From: an uncultured candidate division Zixibacteria bacterium
GTDB lineage: Bacteria; Zixibacteria; MSB-5A5; GN15; PGXB01
Reading direction: 5' to 3'
Length of the DNA stretch: 64,000 nucleotides
NCBI GenBank assembly: GCA_963702205.1
Contig: OY969724.1
Location: 2,304,001 to 2,368,000 of the forward strand
Part shown: positions 49,872 through 59,752 of the stretch, one piece after another
How positions within the stretch are numbered: position 1 is the stretch's first letter
Layout: every line of letters starts with the position of its first letter
Made by a program: the position numbers and the translations under genes
The notes under the pieces: generated by a model
Databases searched by the model: none
Told to the model about the DNA's origin: nothing
What the model saw: only the letters and a program-made list of their open reading frames with translations

Positions 49872-50612
49872 TCAGGAGCCTTTAAGGGTTTTTTCGTCGT
49901 ACCCCCAGCCTTTGCAGGAGGGCACGTCGATCAAAATCAGGCTGCTGTCGTCGACGGATTTAATGTCGATTTTGTTCTCAAGGTCGATGCGCGCCTGGTC
50001 GTTGGCCGAAAAAGTCCGCCCGTTTATTTCGACTTTGCCGCTGCCGACATAGACGAATATCCGGCGCGTTTCCCCCGCGGTGAAACTTATATTTTTGCCT
50101 TTATCGAGGTCCGCCCGGTAGATGGTGGCGTCCGTATGAATAGTAACCGCGCCGGGAATGTTCTGTCCCGACGCCACCGCAACGAGCTTATTTTTTAATT
50201 CGGTGGGGGTGAAGGTCTTCTGATCGTACGACGGTTTCAAACCGGGCGTATCCGGATAAATCCATATTTGATAAAAATGTGTTTTTGTTTGTGAGAGGTT
50301 GTATTCCGAATGGGTAAGGCCTGTTCCGGCCGACATACGCTGCACCTCACCGGCCCTGATGACGGCTTCATTACCCATGCTGTCTTTGTGCGTGATCTCA
50401 CCCTCGAGAGCAATCGTAACAATCTCCATCTCTCGATGCGGATGAGTCGGGAAGCCTTTTCCCGGAAGCACGACGTCGTCGTTGAAGACTCTTAACGCTC
50501 CGAACTGAATATTATCGGGATCGAAGTAGTTTGCGAACGAAAACAACCAGTGGGTTTTCAGCCAGCCGAAATCATTAAAATGCCGCTGGTCGGATTTAAT
50601 CTGTTTAATCAT
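49872..50612 (-). CDS. Pirin-family protein (YhhW-like)
   Basis: FSFANY, FGALRVFNDD, GFPTHPHREMEI, HKDSMGN, MSAGTGLTHSE. Confidence 0.93.
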   Translation of the reverse strand: MIKQIKSDQRHFNDFGWLKTHWLFSFANYFDPDNIQFGALRVFNDDVVLPGKGFPTHPHREMEIVTIALEGEITHKDSMGNEAVIRAGEVQRMSAGTGLTHSEYNLSQTKTHFYQIWIYPDTPGLKPSYDQKTFTPTELKNKLVAVASGQNIPGAVTIHTDATIYRADLDKGKNISFTAGETRRIFVYVGSGKVEINGRTFSANDQARIDLENKIDIKSVDDSSLILIDVPSCKGWGYDEKTLKGS

Positions 50613-50736
50613 ATTGTCCGTCCATATGTGTATAAGTTTTACAGCTATGATACGTATTTTACCGGCCTGCGAGCAAAAATTGCATTTGTTCCGTTATTTT
50701 GCTTAATATCAATGACTTGCGCGGGCGACAAGAGGC

Positions 50737-50765
50737 TTGAATTTGGGAAATCGATTCTTTATATT
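50737..50765 (+). promoter_or_regulatory. Sigma70-type promoter for ilvE-rpiB-glyA
   Basis: TTGAAT-N17-TATATT. Confidence 0.5.
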
Positions 50766-50819
50766 AATGACAGATAAAATTGATATATTTCAATTTTAAA
50801 ATGATTGAGGAGAAGCAGC

Positions 50820-51779
50820 ATGCCTTTTAATAAAGTCGATTATATCTGGATGAATGGCACCATGGTCAAGTGGGACGAGGCCAAAATTCATGTTCTGTCT
50901 CATGTTGTGCACTACGGATCGTCTATATTCGAGGGCGAAAGGTGCTACAAGACGCCCAAGGGTCCGGCCTGTTTCCGTCACCGGGATCACACCGACCGTC
51001 TGTTCAATTCCTGCAAGATTTATCGCATGAAAATACCATACTCCAAAGACGAAATATTCAACGCGGCTCTGGAGTTGATCGCGGTCAATGGTATCGAGGA
51101 ATGCTATATCCGTCCAATTGTTTACCGGGGCTATGATTCGCTTGGTGTGGATCCGTCGAAATGCCCGATCGACGTGGCTATCGCGGTCTGGCCATGGGGT
51201 GCCTATCTCGGACCGGAAGCGCTGGAGAAAGGTGTCAAGGCCTGTATTTCAACCTGGAGGCGCAACGCCCCCGATACGATGCCCATGATGGCCAAGGCCG
51301 GTGCCAATTATATGGGCAGCCAGTTGATTAAAATGGAAGCTATTGCGCGCGGCTTTGCGGAGGGAATAGGGCTCGACGTTTACGGGCACGTTTCCGAAGG
51401 CTCGGCGCAGAATATATTCCTCGTCATGAAAGGCAAATTGTATACCCCCCCGGTGGCGGCGTCGATATTGCCGGGCATAACCCGCGATACGATCATGATT
51501 CTCGCGCGGGAAATGGGCTTTGAGGTCATTGAACAAAACGTACAGCGAGAGATGCTTTATATCGCCGATGAGGTCTTTTTCACCGGGACGGCGGCCGAGG
51601 TTTCGCCGGTGTCGCAGATCGACGGCATCGTGATCGGTTCCGGCAGCCGGGGCCCGATAACCGAAAAACTGCAAAGCCGTTTCTTCGATATTCTTCAGGG
51701 CCGGACCGATGACGAGCACGACTGGTTGACGTACGTTCCGACCGGTAAAGGCGTGACCGCCAACCGGGAGAGAGCATGA
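50820..51779 (+). CDS. ilvE: Branched-chain amino acid aminotransferase
   Basis: [21 protein letters not shown] (PLP Lys), [21 protein letters not shown]. Confidence 0.95.
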   Translation: MPFNKVDYIWMNGTMVKWDEAKIHVLSHVVHYGSSIFEGERCYKTPKGPACFRHRDHTDRLFNSCKIYRMKIPYSKDEIFNAALELIAVNGIEECYIRPIVYRGYDSLGVDPSKCPIDVAIAVWPWGAYLGPEALEKGVKACISTWRRNAPDTMPMMAKAGANYMGSQLIKMEAIARGFAEGIGLDVYGHVSEGSAQNIFLVMKGKLYTPPVAASILPGITRDTIMILAREMGFEVIEQNVQREMLYIADEVFFTGTAAEVSPVSQIDGIVIGSGSRGPITEKLQSRFFDILQGRTDDEHDWLTYVPTGKGVTANRERA

Positions 51780-52216
51780 AAATAGCCATCGGGTCGGACC
51801 ATGCTGGCTTTGAATACAAAGAGAAGGTCAGGCACATTCTCGAAAAGCTCGGCCACGAAGTAATCGATTTCGGAACCACGGGCAAGGATTCGGTTGACTA
51901 TTCCGATTTTGGTTTGAAAGTTGCCCGTGAAGTGGCCGATCATAAGGCCGATCGCGGGGTGGCCGTCTGCTGGACCGGTAACGGCATGACCATTGCGGCC
52001 AACAAGGTTAAGGGCATACGCGCGACTTTATGTCTCAATCAGGACATGGCCCTCTATGCCCGACTGCACAACGACTCCAATGTGCTGACTCTGTCGCAGA
52101 AGTACATCGACGAAAAAGAACTTGAGAACATTGTACGGACCTGGTTAGAGACGGAATTCGAAGGAGGCCGCCACAGCCGCAGACTGGAAAAAATATCAAG
52201 GGCCGAATCGGCATAG
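51776..52216 (+). CDS. rpiB: Ribose-5-phosphate isomerase B
   Basis: [42 protein letters not shown]. Confidence 0.95.
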   Translation: MKIAIGSDHAGFEYKEKVRHILEKLGHEVIDFGTTGKDSVDYSDFGLKVAREVADHKADRGVAVCWTGNGMTIAANKVKGIRATLCLNQDMALYARLHNDSNVLTLSQKYIDEKELENIVRTWLETEFEGGRHSRRLEKISRAESA

Positions 52217-52263
52217 AAGTCCGATGGCCCGATTGTAACGAAATAAACGACAGGTGGGATAAA

Positions 52264-53508
52264 ATGAGTCAATTGAGGTTGGTCGACCCGGAGATATACG
52301 ATGCCATCGTGCACGAAACCCTCCGCGAATCGACCAAACTGGAACTGATCGCGTCGGAGAATTTCGTCTCTGAGGCGGTCCTGGAGGCCGCCGGCGGCAT
52401 TATGACCAATAAGTACGCCGAAGGTTATCCGGGTAAACGGTATTATGGCGGGTGTGAATTTGTCGACGTTGCCGAAAACCTTGCCCGCGAACGAGCCATG
52501 AAACTGTTCAGGGCCGAGCATGCCAACGTGCAGCCACATTCCGGCTCACAGGCCAACATGGCCGTCTATTTCACGGTCCTAAAGCCGGGCGACAAGGTGA
52601 TGGGTATGGACCTGTCGCACGGTGGTCATCTGACCCACGGCCACCCGATCAATTTTTCCGGCATGTTGTATGAAATCCACGGCTATCAGGTAAGTAAGGA
52701 AACCGAGACCATTGACTACGACGCCCTGATCGCCATGGCCAGGGAAGTCCGGCCGAAACTCATCATTGCCGGCGCGTCGGCTTATCCGAGAATTATCGAT
52801 TTCAAAAAGTTCCGCGAGGCGGCCGACAGTTGCGGGGCATATCTCATGGTCGACATGGCCCATATCGCCGGGCTGGTCGCGGCCGGGCTGCATCCGTCGC
52901 CGGTACCATACGCCGATTTCGTGACGACCACCACCCACAAGACCCTTCGCGGACCGCGCGGCGGAATGATTCTTTGCAAAGAAAAATACGCCGCCGATCT
53001 CGATCGAACAGTTATGCCGGGCATCCAGGGCGGACCGCTGATGCATATCATCGCCGCCAAGGCCGTGGCACTTAAAGAAGCACTCAACCCTGAATTCAAG
53101 GAATATCAAAAGAAAATAATCGAAAACGCCGCCGCTATGGCCGGAGCATTGAAAGACAAGGGATATCATATCGTGTCCGGTGGGACCGATAATCACCTGT
53201 TTTTGATGTCGTTTCTGGATCGGGACTATTCCGGCAAGAAAGTTGAAAATGCTCTTGATGCCTCAGGGATCACGGTCAATAAGAATACCGTTCCGTTCGA
53301 CACGCGTAAGCCGTTCGTAACGTCCGGTATTCGGGTTGGCACTCCGGCTATAACATCGCGCGGGATGGGCACGGAGGAAATGGTGCAGATCGCGGAATTC
53401 ATCGACCGCGTCATACAAAATCTGGGCAATGAGGAAGTTTATGCCTCGGTGGCGCAGGACGTGAAGGAACTTTGCGAAAAATTTCCACTGTATCCCGAAC
53501 GGACCTGA
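52264..53508 (+). CDS. glyA: Serine hydroxymethyltransferase
   Basis: [54 protein letters not shown]. Confidence 0.99.
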   Translation: MSQLRLVDPEIYDAIVHETLRESTKLELIASENFVSEAVLEAAGGIMTNKYAEGYPGKRYYGGCEFVDVAENLARERAMKLFRAEHANVQPHSGSQANMAVYFTVLKPGDKVMGMDLSHGGHLTHGHPINFSGMLYEIHGYQVSKETETIDYDALIAMAREVRPKLIIAGASAYPRIIDFKKFREAADSCGAYLMVDMAHIAGLVAAGLHPSPVPYADFVTTTTHKTLRGPRGGMILCKEKYAADLDRTVMPGIQGGPLMHIIAAKAVALKEALNPEFKEYQKKIIENAAAMAGALKDKGYHIVSGGTDNHLFLMSFLDRDYSGKKVENALDASGITVNKNTVPFDTRKPFVTSGIRVGTPAITSRGMGTEEMVQIAEFIDRVIQNLGNEEVYASVAQDVKELCEKFPLYPERT

Positions 53509-53529
53509 CGGTGTAACGAAGATTTGGAA

Positions 53530-55197
53530 ATGTCGAATAGCGCAAATTCAAGGCCAGCAGTTGTCAGACTCTGGCCTTATTTGATTTTTACAGCCGTTGT
53601 CGTTGTCTATAATTATCTCTATCTCCCCGACGGGTTCAATGCCACCGATGAGGGCTGGCTGCTGTCATTGGGGCAGAGAATAAGCCATGGACAGGTGCCG
53701 TACAGGGATTTCTACTTTTTGATCAATCCACTCGCAATTTATGTCCAGTCGATATTGATAACTATTTTCGGTGACAATTATTCCGTCCTTGCCTCACGGA
53801 TATACTGGGCGGTTCAGATGTGGGCGATGATAACGGTTTTTTCGGTCGTATATCGTAAATATGTCAATGACATCGAACTGCTTTTGCTCCTCCTGACATC
53901 ATGGGTAGTGTCGACTCTGATGATTCAATACCCGTGGTATAACTACGAAGCGATTTTTTATTCAGCGCTGGCGATTGTCGCCCTAAGCGAAAGAAAATAC
54001 TATCTATTGGGGCTTATGGCATTTCTTGGCTTCTGGGCCAAGCAAAACTATATACTATTTCTACCGCTGATATTTGCCCTTGGGTATTTATCGAAAATTA
54101 TAAAAATAAGGGCAGAATACGCCTGCGGTCGGGCCATAAGGCAGGCGGCCATCGGTTTTTTGATTCCGGCGGCAATATGGCTGGCTTATCTCGTTTACAC
54201 GGGCAGCCTGAATGCCTATATAACCAATGCCTATATATATCTTCCGGAAATGACGGCTCGCGGATGGTTGTTCGGGCTTTTCCAGAACAATCATGTCGCG
54301 ATAGTATTCTCTCTGCCGATGATTGCCATGATACTGCTTTTGGCCTATAGTAATAATTACAAATGGTTAATTATGCCGATATCATTAATTCCGGTAATTG
54401 GCTTTTTGATATACTATCGAACCACGCTGTTTAATTACAATGCAGCAATATTCAATCACGCCATTTCAATATTTTTAATCTGGCGTATCAGGAGAATAAA
54501 GAACACTGCCGCGAAGGATCGGCTGATTGGCGTATTACCGGTGCAGCTTGCCGCATCGGTGGTAGTTTATTTGTCGGGGTTCTCGTACGTTGGCATAGTC
54601 ACCAGCTATATGGGGTCGGGCCTCGCCCTGACCGTCTCATATTGTTCTCTGAAAATGGCCGCTGCCTCGGTCTATAGGAAATATTTTCCGGCCATTATTA
54701 TGGTACTTATTCTGGGTGCCGGTGCCGTTATAAAATATAAATCAGTTTACCGCGATGTCCCCCGCGACCAGCTTCTGTCAGAGTTTACGACCGGAAAATT
54801 GAAGGGAATTCGCACCTCCGCCCGGAATTTCAACCAAATTTCAGACCTGATCAAGGCCGTGGATTATTACACCGACAAAGGCGACTATATTCTCATCTAT
54901 CCCGATTTCCCCGTATTGTATTACCTGACGGACCGGAAAAACCCGACCCGGGTAGACTGGTTCTACTGGCGGGGTTTACATCCGGATATGGTTGTTGATG
55001 CCGCAAAGGGTATCGCGAAATATAAACCCAAGGTGATATTTGTGCAGAAATACGCCGAGGAAGATTATCTGAGACGGGGGGCGGGTATCGATTATATGAA
55101 TACAGAAGAATACGTTCCGTTGTTTAAATTTATCGGCCGCAATTACCGGCTGGAGAAACCAGTGGGCGATATTTTTCTATTTGTCCCCGGATTTTAA
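53530..55197 (+). CDS. Polytopic membrane protein, GT-C-fold glycosyltransferase-like
   Basis: DEG motif after TM1, GQVPYRDF, about 12 TMs, C-terminal soluble domain with LYYLTDRKNPTR. Confidence 0.7.
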   Translation: MSNSANSRPAVVRLWPYLIFTAVVVVYNYLYLPDGFNATDEGWLLSLGQRISHGQVPYRDFYFLINPLAIYVQSILITIFGDNYSVLASRIYWAVQMWAMITVFSVVYRKYVNDIELLLLLLTSWVVSTLMIQYPWYNYEAIFYSALAIVALSERKYYLLGLMAFLGFWAKQNYILFLPLIFALGYLSKIIKIRAEYACGRAIRQAAIGFLIPAAIWLAYLVYTGSLNAYITNAYIYLPEMTARGWLFGLFQNNHVAIVFSLPMIAMILLLAYSNNYKWLIMPISLIPVIGFLIYYRTTLFNYNAAIFNHAISIFLIWRIRRIKNTAAKDRLIGVLPVQLAASVVVYLSGFSYVGIVTSYMGSGLALTVSYCSLKMAAASVYRKYFPAIIMVLILGAGAVIKYKSVYRDVPRDQLLSEFTTGKLKGIRTSARNFNQISDLIKAVDYYTDKGDYILIYPDFPVLYYLTDRKNPTRVDWFYWRGLHPDMVVDAAKGIAKYKPKVIFVQKYAEEDYLRRGAGIDYMNTEEYVPLFKFIGRNYRLEKPVGDIFLFVPGF

Positions 55198-55222
55198 ACC
55201 GATAATATTCAGTGAGGTAAAT

Positions 55223-55528
55223 ATGTTAATTCAATTTTCCATGTTCCCGACCGGCGGATCGGAATCGGCATCGGGTGAGGTGTCGAAAATTATCGACATT
55301 GTCGACCGGTCCGGTTTGCCGTATAAGACCTCGTCCATGTCGACCGTCATCGAAGGCGAATGGGACGAAGTTTTGGAAATCATTAACAAATGCCGGCTTA
55401 AGCTCCGCGAATCCAGCAACCGGATATACATGGTTCTGTCGATGGATGACCGCAAGGATGCGGACAACCGGCTGACGGGCAAAGTGGCCTCGCTGGAGAA
55501 AAAACTTAACAGGAAGATAAAATCTTAG
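55223..55528 (+). CDS. MTH1187/YqgV-family thiamine-binding protein
   Basis: FSMFP, SGLPY....MSTVIEGEWDEV, DDR...RLTGKV.S; start ATG 55223. Confidence 0.85.
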   Translation: MLIQFSMFPTGGSESASGEVSKIIDIVDRSGLPYKTSSMSTVIEGEWDEVLEIINKCRLKLRESSNRIYMVLSMDDRKDADNRLTGKVASLEKKLNRKIKS

Positions 55529-55543
55529 AGAGAGGGGTGCGAT

Positions 55544-55855
55544 ATGTCCGCATTTCGAGTTGTACAGGTAACCGTCCCGACCGATAAAGCCGTCGATTTC
55601 GCCCGCCAACTGGTAAACAGTGAACTGGCCGGCTGCGTAAATATTGTTAGAGGGGTTCAGTCGGTTTACCGGTGGAAGGGGAAAATCAAGGAAGCCGAGG
55701 AATCCCTGCTGGTCATCAAGACGACCACGAAGAAAGTGGAGACGCTGACCAAATTCGTCCGGGAAAACCACCCCGACGACGTGCCCGAAGTGCTCACGTT
55801 GAACGTCAGCGAAGGCAACCCGGATTATCTCGATTGGCTTAATGAGGTAACCTGA
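55544..55855 (+). CDS. cutA: Divalent-cation tolerance protein CutA
   Basis: LAGCVNI, SVYRWKGKI...E...IKT, HPDDVPE, YLDWL. Confidence 0.93.
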   Translation: MSAFRVVQVTVPTDKAVDFARQLVNSELAGCVNIVRGVQSVYRWKGKIKEAEESLLVIKTTTKKVETLTKFVRENHPDDVPEVLTLNVSEGNPDYLDWLNEVT

Positions 55856-55856
55856 T

Positions 55857-56282
55857 ATGGATTTTAAGAAGGTTGAGGAGGGATTTCTGGTTCGCCTCGA
55901 CCGTGGTGAGGAGGTCGTCTCGACTCTCACCGAATTTGTCCGACAGCACGATATCAAAGGCGGATTTTTGCAGGCGCTGGGCGCTTTCGAAAGCGCCTCT
56001 CTGGGCGTATACGATTTTTCCACCAAAGGGTATGTCACCAAATCTTTCCGGGAACGGCTCGAAGTGGGCGCGCTCAACGGCAATATCGCCCGGATCGACG
56101 GCAGCGATGAGATATTTCTCCATATGCATGTCACCGTGGGCGACAGCTCGCTCCACTCGTTTACCGGCCACCTGTTCGAGGCCGTCGTGCAGGCGACGCT
56201 CGAAGTTTTCATCCGGCCTTTGACCACCGAAATCGTGCGCAAAAGAGACGATCAACTGGGATTCAACGCTTGGCACCTGTAA
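55857..56282 (+). CDS. PPC/DUF296-domain protein
   Basis: RLDRGEEV, LGA, EV.ALNGNI, FLHMH, GHL, TLEV. Confidence 0.85.
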   Translation: MDFKKVEEGFLVRLDRGEEVVSTLTEFVRQHDIKGGFLQALGAFESASLGVYDFSTKGYVTKSFRERLEVGALNGNIARIDGSDEIFLHMHVTVGDSSLHSFTGHLFEAVVQATLEVFIRPLTTEIVRKRDDQLGFNAWHL

Positions 56283-57070
56283 ACACGGCGGAACCGATTA
56301 TAACTCTCACCACCGATTTCGGTACGAGCGATAATTATGCCGGAATCGTCAAGGGCATAATCCTTTCGATATGCCGTAAAGCCAATATTGTCGATATAAC
56401 TAATTCCGTTCCGGCATTTGATATTATCGCCGGGCGATATCTGATGGAGACTTCGTACAGAGCATTTCCGCCGGGGACAATTCATGTCGCTGTCGTTGAT
56501 CCGGGGGTGGGGACAAAGCGCAAAGGCGTCGTAATCGAAACAGCCAAGTATTATTTTGCTGGTCCGGATAACGGCCTGTTTTCCTTCTTGACGAGACGAG
56601 AAATCAGGAAGGGAATAGAGATCAAGAATCCCAAATATATTTTGCCCGCTGCGTCCGATACATTCCACGCGCGCGACATATTCGCACCGGCCGCGGCGTA
56701 CCTGGCGCTGGGAGTGATACCCGAAGAGTTCGGTCCGGGTCTTAATGACATAATTCGCATAAAACCGCCGGGGTACCGTAAGACCAAACAGGGGACGGCC
56801 GGGACGGTGATCTATATCGATCATTTCGGAAACCTCGTGAGTTCGATCAAAGCCGAACGAATCGACACCGGTGGCGTCATCTTTCTTAATGGTGTCAAAA
56901 TTGGCCGGATAAAAAAAACTTTCGGTGCGGTCAGGCCGAGTCATCTTGTTGCGTATATAAATTCTTTCGGATATCTCGAAATCGCCGTCAATGGCGGTTC
57001 GGCCAGGGAATATTTCCATATCGAAAAGCCCGAATCCGCTCAAATTTTAATTGCTCCGATCAGCATATAA
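56270..57070 (+). CDS. SAM hydroxide adenosyltransferase / SAM-dependent halogenase family (DUF62)
   Basis: ITLTTDFG, VAVVDPGVGT.R, GPDNG, TFHARDIFAP, IDHFGNL, LEIAVN.GSA. Confidence 0.9.
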   Translation: MAPVNTAEPIITLTTDFGTSDNYAGIVKGIILSICRKANIVDITNSVPAFDIIAGRYLMETSYRAFPPGTIHVAVVDPGVGTKRKGVVIETAKYYFAGPDNGLFSFLTRREIRKGIEIKNPKYILPAASDTFHARDIFAPAAAYLALGVIPEEFGPGLNDIIRIKPPGYRKTKQGTAGTVIYIDHFGNLVSSIKAERIDTGGVIFLNGVKIGRIKKTFGAVRPSHLVAYINSFGYLEIAVNGGSAREYFHIEKPESAQILIAPISI

Positions 57071-57085
57071 TCATAGATTGACCTC

Positions 57086-57583
57086 ATGTCCAGCCCGCAA
57101 GACAACCGTCCCTCGTGGGACGAATACTTCATGCGTATCGCGCAATTGGCGGCAACTCGCTCGACTTGCCTGCGACGACAGGTGGGGGCGGTCATAGTCA
57201 AAGACAAGCGCGTCCTGTCCACCGGCTACAACGGGTCGCCCTCGGGCCTGGAACATTGCCTCAATGTCGGGTGCCTGCGCGAGCAGATGAATATCCCGTC
57301 GGGCGAGCGCCACGAACTCTGCCGGGCGATACACGCCGAGCAGAATGCCATCATACAGGCGGCGACGTCGGGTGTGTCGATCGAAGGTGCAACTTTGTAC
57401 TCGACCACGTACCCGTGCGTGCTGTGTGCCAAGATGATTATCAACGCCGGGATAAGAACAATATACATCACCGACGGTTACCCCGACGATCTCTCGAAGC
57501 AGTTGATCGACGAGGCGGGGTTGACGGTGCATCGTATGTCGGTGCGCGATGCGGTCTTTGCGCCGAAGGATCAGAAACCATGA
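57086..57583 (+). CDS. Deoxycytidylate deaminase (ComEB family)
   Basis: [38 protein letters not shown]. Confidence 0.92.
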   Translation: MSSPQDNRPSWDEYFMRIAQLAATRSTCLRRQVGAVIVKDKRVLSTGYNGSPSGLEHCLNVGCLREQMNIPSGERHELCRAIHAEQNAIIQAATSGVSIEGATLYSTTYPCVLCAKMIINAGIRTIYITDGYPDDLSKQLIDEAGLTVHRMSVRDAVFAPKDQKP

Positions 57584-58029
57584 GATGTCCGTTCTGCGGT
57601 TCCGAAGAGGATAAAGTGGTCGATTCGCGCTCGGTGCGCGAGGGCCGGGCGATAAGGCGGCGGCGCGAGTGCATCAAGTGCGCCCAGCGCTACACGACCT
57701 ATGAGTACATCGAAAACGTCGAACTGACCGTGGTCAAATCCGACGGCCGCCGGGAACCGTTCGACCGTCAGAAGCTGATCGAGGGGATGCGTCTGGCTCT
57801 CAAGAAGCGTCCGGTTTCGGTTAAAAAGATCGAAGCGATGGCCGATGAAATCCAGGGCGATCTGCAGGAGCTGACCAAAAACGAAATCACCAGCCAGGCG
57901 ATTGGCGAGATGGTGATGAAGAAGCTTCAGGAAGTCGACGAGGTGGCCTACGTCCGCTTCGCATCCGTCTATCGCAAATTCCAGGACAAAGAAGAATTCT
58001 TCTCCGAGCTCAAGAAGCTGTTGAAGTAA
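57580..58029 (+). CDS. nrdR: Transcriptional repressor NrdR
   Basis: MRCPFCG..DKVVDSR...[19 protein letters not shown]-cone, [12 protein letters not shown]; true start ATG 57580. Confidence 0.97.
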   Translation: MRCPFCGSEEDKVVDSRSVREGRAIRRRRECIKCAQRYTTYEYIENVELTVVKSDGRREPFDRQKLIEGMRLALKKRPVSVKKIEAMADEIQGDLQELTKNEITSQAIGEMVMKKLQEVDEVAYVRFASVYRKFQDKEEFFSELKKLLK

Positions 58030-58054
58030 TCACGTACTTTAATATTCCTTAGAA

Positions 58055-58152
58055 GTAGGTCGGGTTCTGAATCCCGTTTTACGGGATGAAAAACCCGACA
58101 TCTTGTTGTCGGGTTTCTCGTTTCGCTGCGCTTCACTCGGAACCCGACCTAC
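58055..58152. repeat. Inverted REP doublet (REPIN-like), family A
   Basis: Two 46-nt units (58055-58100 plus strand, 58107-58152 minus strand), each GTAGGTCGGGTT...AAACCCGACA, separated by 6 nt. Confidence 0.8.
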
Positions 58153-58482
58153 TTAGGTATGATAGTGGGCGCACCGGTCCATTAATCTCTGCAATATATT
58201 AAGTCCTTTACGGTTACAGCCAAATGGGTTCGAATTTGAAAATTCTTTATTTTTGCATCTCATTCCTCTATCAATTTTGTCACTCAACGTTCTTGGCATA
58301 GTAATAGCCCTTTATAATAGGGGGAGGGGCAGAATTGCCTCTGATAAAAGGGTATTTTGGTATTGAATTAAAATCGGCGATTGATATATTTCGAATGTCT
58401 GAATCTGAGATATTGGGGCATCGTATGACAGTCGCGGACGAAAATGATGGTTTTGCGGATAAATTAAACTGGGTTTAAGAAA

Positions 58483-58506
58483 CCCGCCATAAATGGCGGG
58501 CCACCC
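58483..58506 (-). repeat. Palindromic element, family B (GGGTGG-headed)
   Basis: CCCGCCAT-aa-ATGGCGGG followed by CCACCC. Confidence 0.55.
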
Positions 58507-58545
58507 AGACGAGGCAAAATTTAATCAAAGTGAGGTTATGTTATT

Positions 58546-59286
58546 ATGGAAACTATGGGTCTTTATCAGGATTTTAATGCTTACTTGCAGCATATGGATT
58601 CAATCATTTCGCTGGCAGAAATAAAAAATAATAATGGGCGCGATATTGTAATTGGAAGTCTATTTGCCAAAATATTGGATTATTCTAATGCAGTAAGGAT
58701 TTTATTTAATGAGAAAAGTTTTAATGGTGCGGAGTGTATGGCAAGGTCATGCATGGAGGCGTTATTCTATATGGGGGCATGTATAAATAGTGAGAAGGCA
58801 CTAATTAATTTCATTGCCCGAGATAATTACAATAGACTAAAATATATTAACGTTGTCTTAAACAATGAAGATTTTAGGGCAGTCGACTATGACAAACAAG
58901 AATTAATTGAATTAAAAGATGAAATAGATAAATCAAATGAAATAAATAAATCAAATGAAATAAATAAGTCTAAGAAATTTACAATAGAAGATTATGCGAA
59001 ATCTGCAAAACTCGCTCTGATGTACGACACTCGCTACAGAATTCATAGCGAAGCTGATCATAGCAGCCCCAAATATCTTGAAGATACGTATATAGTCCAC
59101 AACGATGCTGATATATTGGGGATAAAAATACTCCCAAGTGAAGAAAACACTAAGGAAAGAATATTGACAACCATGAATCCGGTGTTGGCATTTTCATGCA
59201 ATTGGTACAGGAATCAATTTGGAATAGAGGACACACCAGAAATTCAGCAAATGGATGCCAAATATATACAAGAGGTTAATACATAA
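58546..59286 (+). CDS. AT-rich helical hypothetical protein (DUF5677-like)
   Basis: AECMARSCMEA and YRIHSEADH patterns resemble DUF5677/HEPN-like helical families; composition differs from the flanks. Confidence 0.6.
   Translation: METMGLYQDFNAYLQHMDSIISLAEIKNNNGRDIVIGSLFAKILDYSNAVRILFNEKSFNGAECMARSCMEALFYMGACINSEKALINFIARDNYNRLKYINVVLNNEDFRAVDYDKQELIELKDEIDKSNEINKSNEINKSKKFTIEDYAKSAKLALMYDTRYRIHSEADHSSPKYLEDTYIVHNDADILGIKILPSEENTKERILTTMNPVLAFSCNWYRNQFGIEDTPEIQQMDAKYIQEVNT
58921..58974 (+). repeat. In-frame 18-bp tandem repeat (3 units)
   Basis: gaaatagataaatcaaat / gaaataaataaatcaaat / gaaataaataagtctaag, encoding EIDKSN-EINKSN-EINKSK. Confidence 0.8.
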
Positions 59287-59300
59287 TAGCCGGAGATTCC

Positions 59301-59740
59301 TTGAATAATATATTCCAATTCGGCAATAAAATATCCGGCATAGTATACATCGACCGGCCGGGGCGCATGCGATTATATCCAATGACAACGGCCTGTTGCT
59401 GGCGGTGAAGTACCGAGGCAAGTATTATTTGCCCGGCGGGGGTGTCGATAGTGGCGAAAGCTTGCACGACGCGCTGCATCGCGAAATGAAAGAAGAGGTT
59501 GGCTGGAGAATCGAAATCGGGCGGGAAGTCGGGTCGGCGGCGGAGTTTGTTTATACATCGGACGACAACAAAGCCTATAACAAAATCGGGCATTTTTTCG
59601 TGTGTTCGGTTGTCGATAGTTCGGGAAGCCGAACAGAGTTAGACCATGAGCCGGTTTGGGTGACGGTTAAAGAATTCGCGGGGAATGCGGCGCATGAGAG
59701 CCATGTCTGGGCGATTGAGCAGTGTTGTAAAGATTTATAG
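59301..59740 (+). pseudogene. NUDIX hydrolase with a single-base deletion near 59360
   Basis: Nudix box GGGVDSGESLHDALHREMKEEVG; upstream TTG frame (RBS GGAG) gives ..FGNKISGIVYIDRPG, and adding one G to the GGGG run joins it to AHAIISNDNGLL. Confidence 0.75.
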
Positions 59741-59752
59741 GAATTTATAGAC

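Noticed and set aside
55226..56242. 338-aa minus-strand ORF
   Set aside because: Antisense to three well-supported plus-strand genes (MTH1187, cutA, PPC)
56270..57070. Possible fluorinase/chlorinase (halogenase) biosynthetic gene
   Set aside because: Housekeeping context and DUF62-type motifs (DPGVGT.R, TFH.RD) fit the widespread SAM hydroxide adenosyltransferase; no secondary-metabolite cluster nearby
57115..57579. Long N-terminal extension of NrdR in the ORF track (304 aa)
   Set aside because: Overlaps the dCMP deaminase gene in another frame; canonical NrdR begins MRCPFCG at 57580
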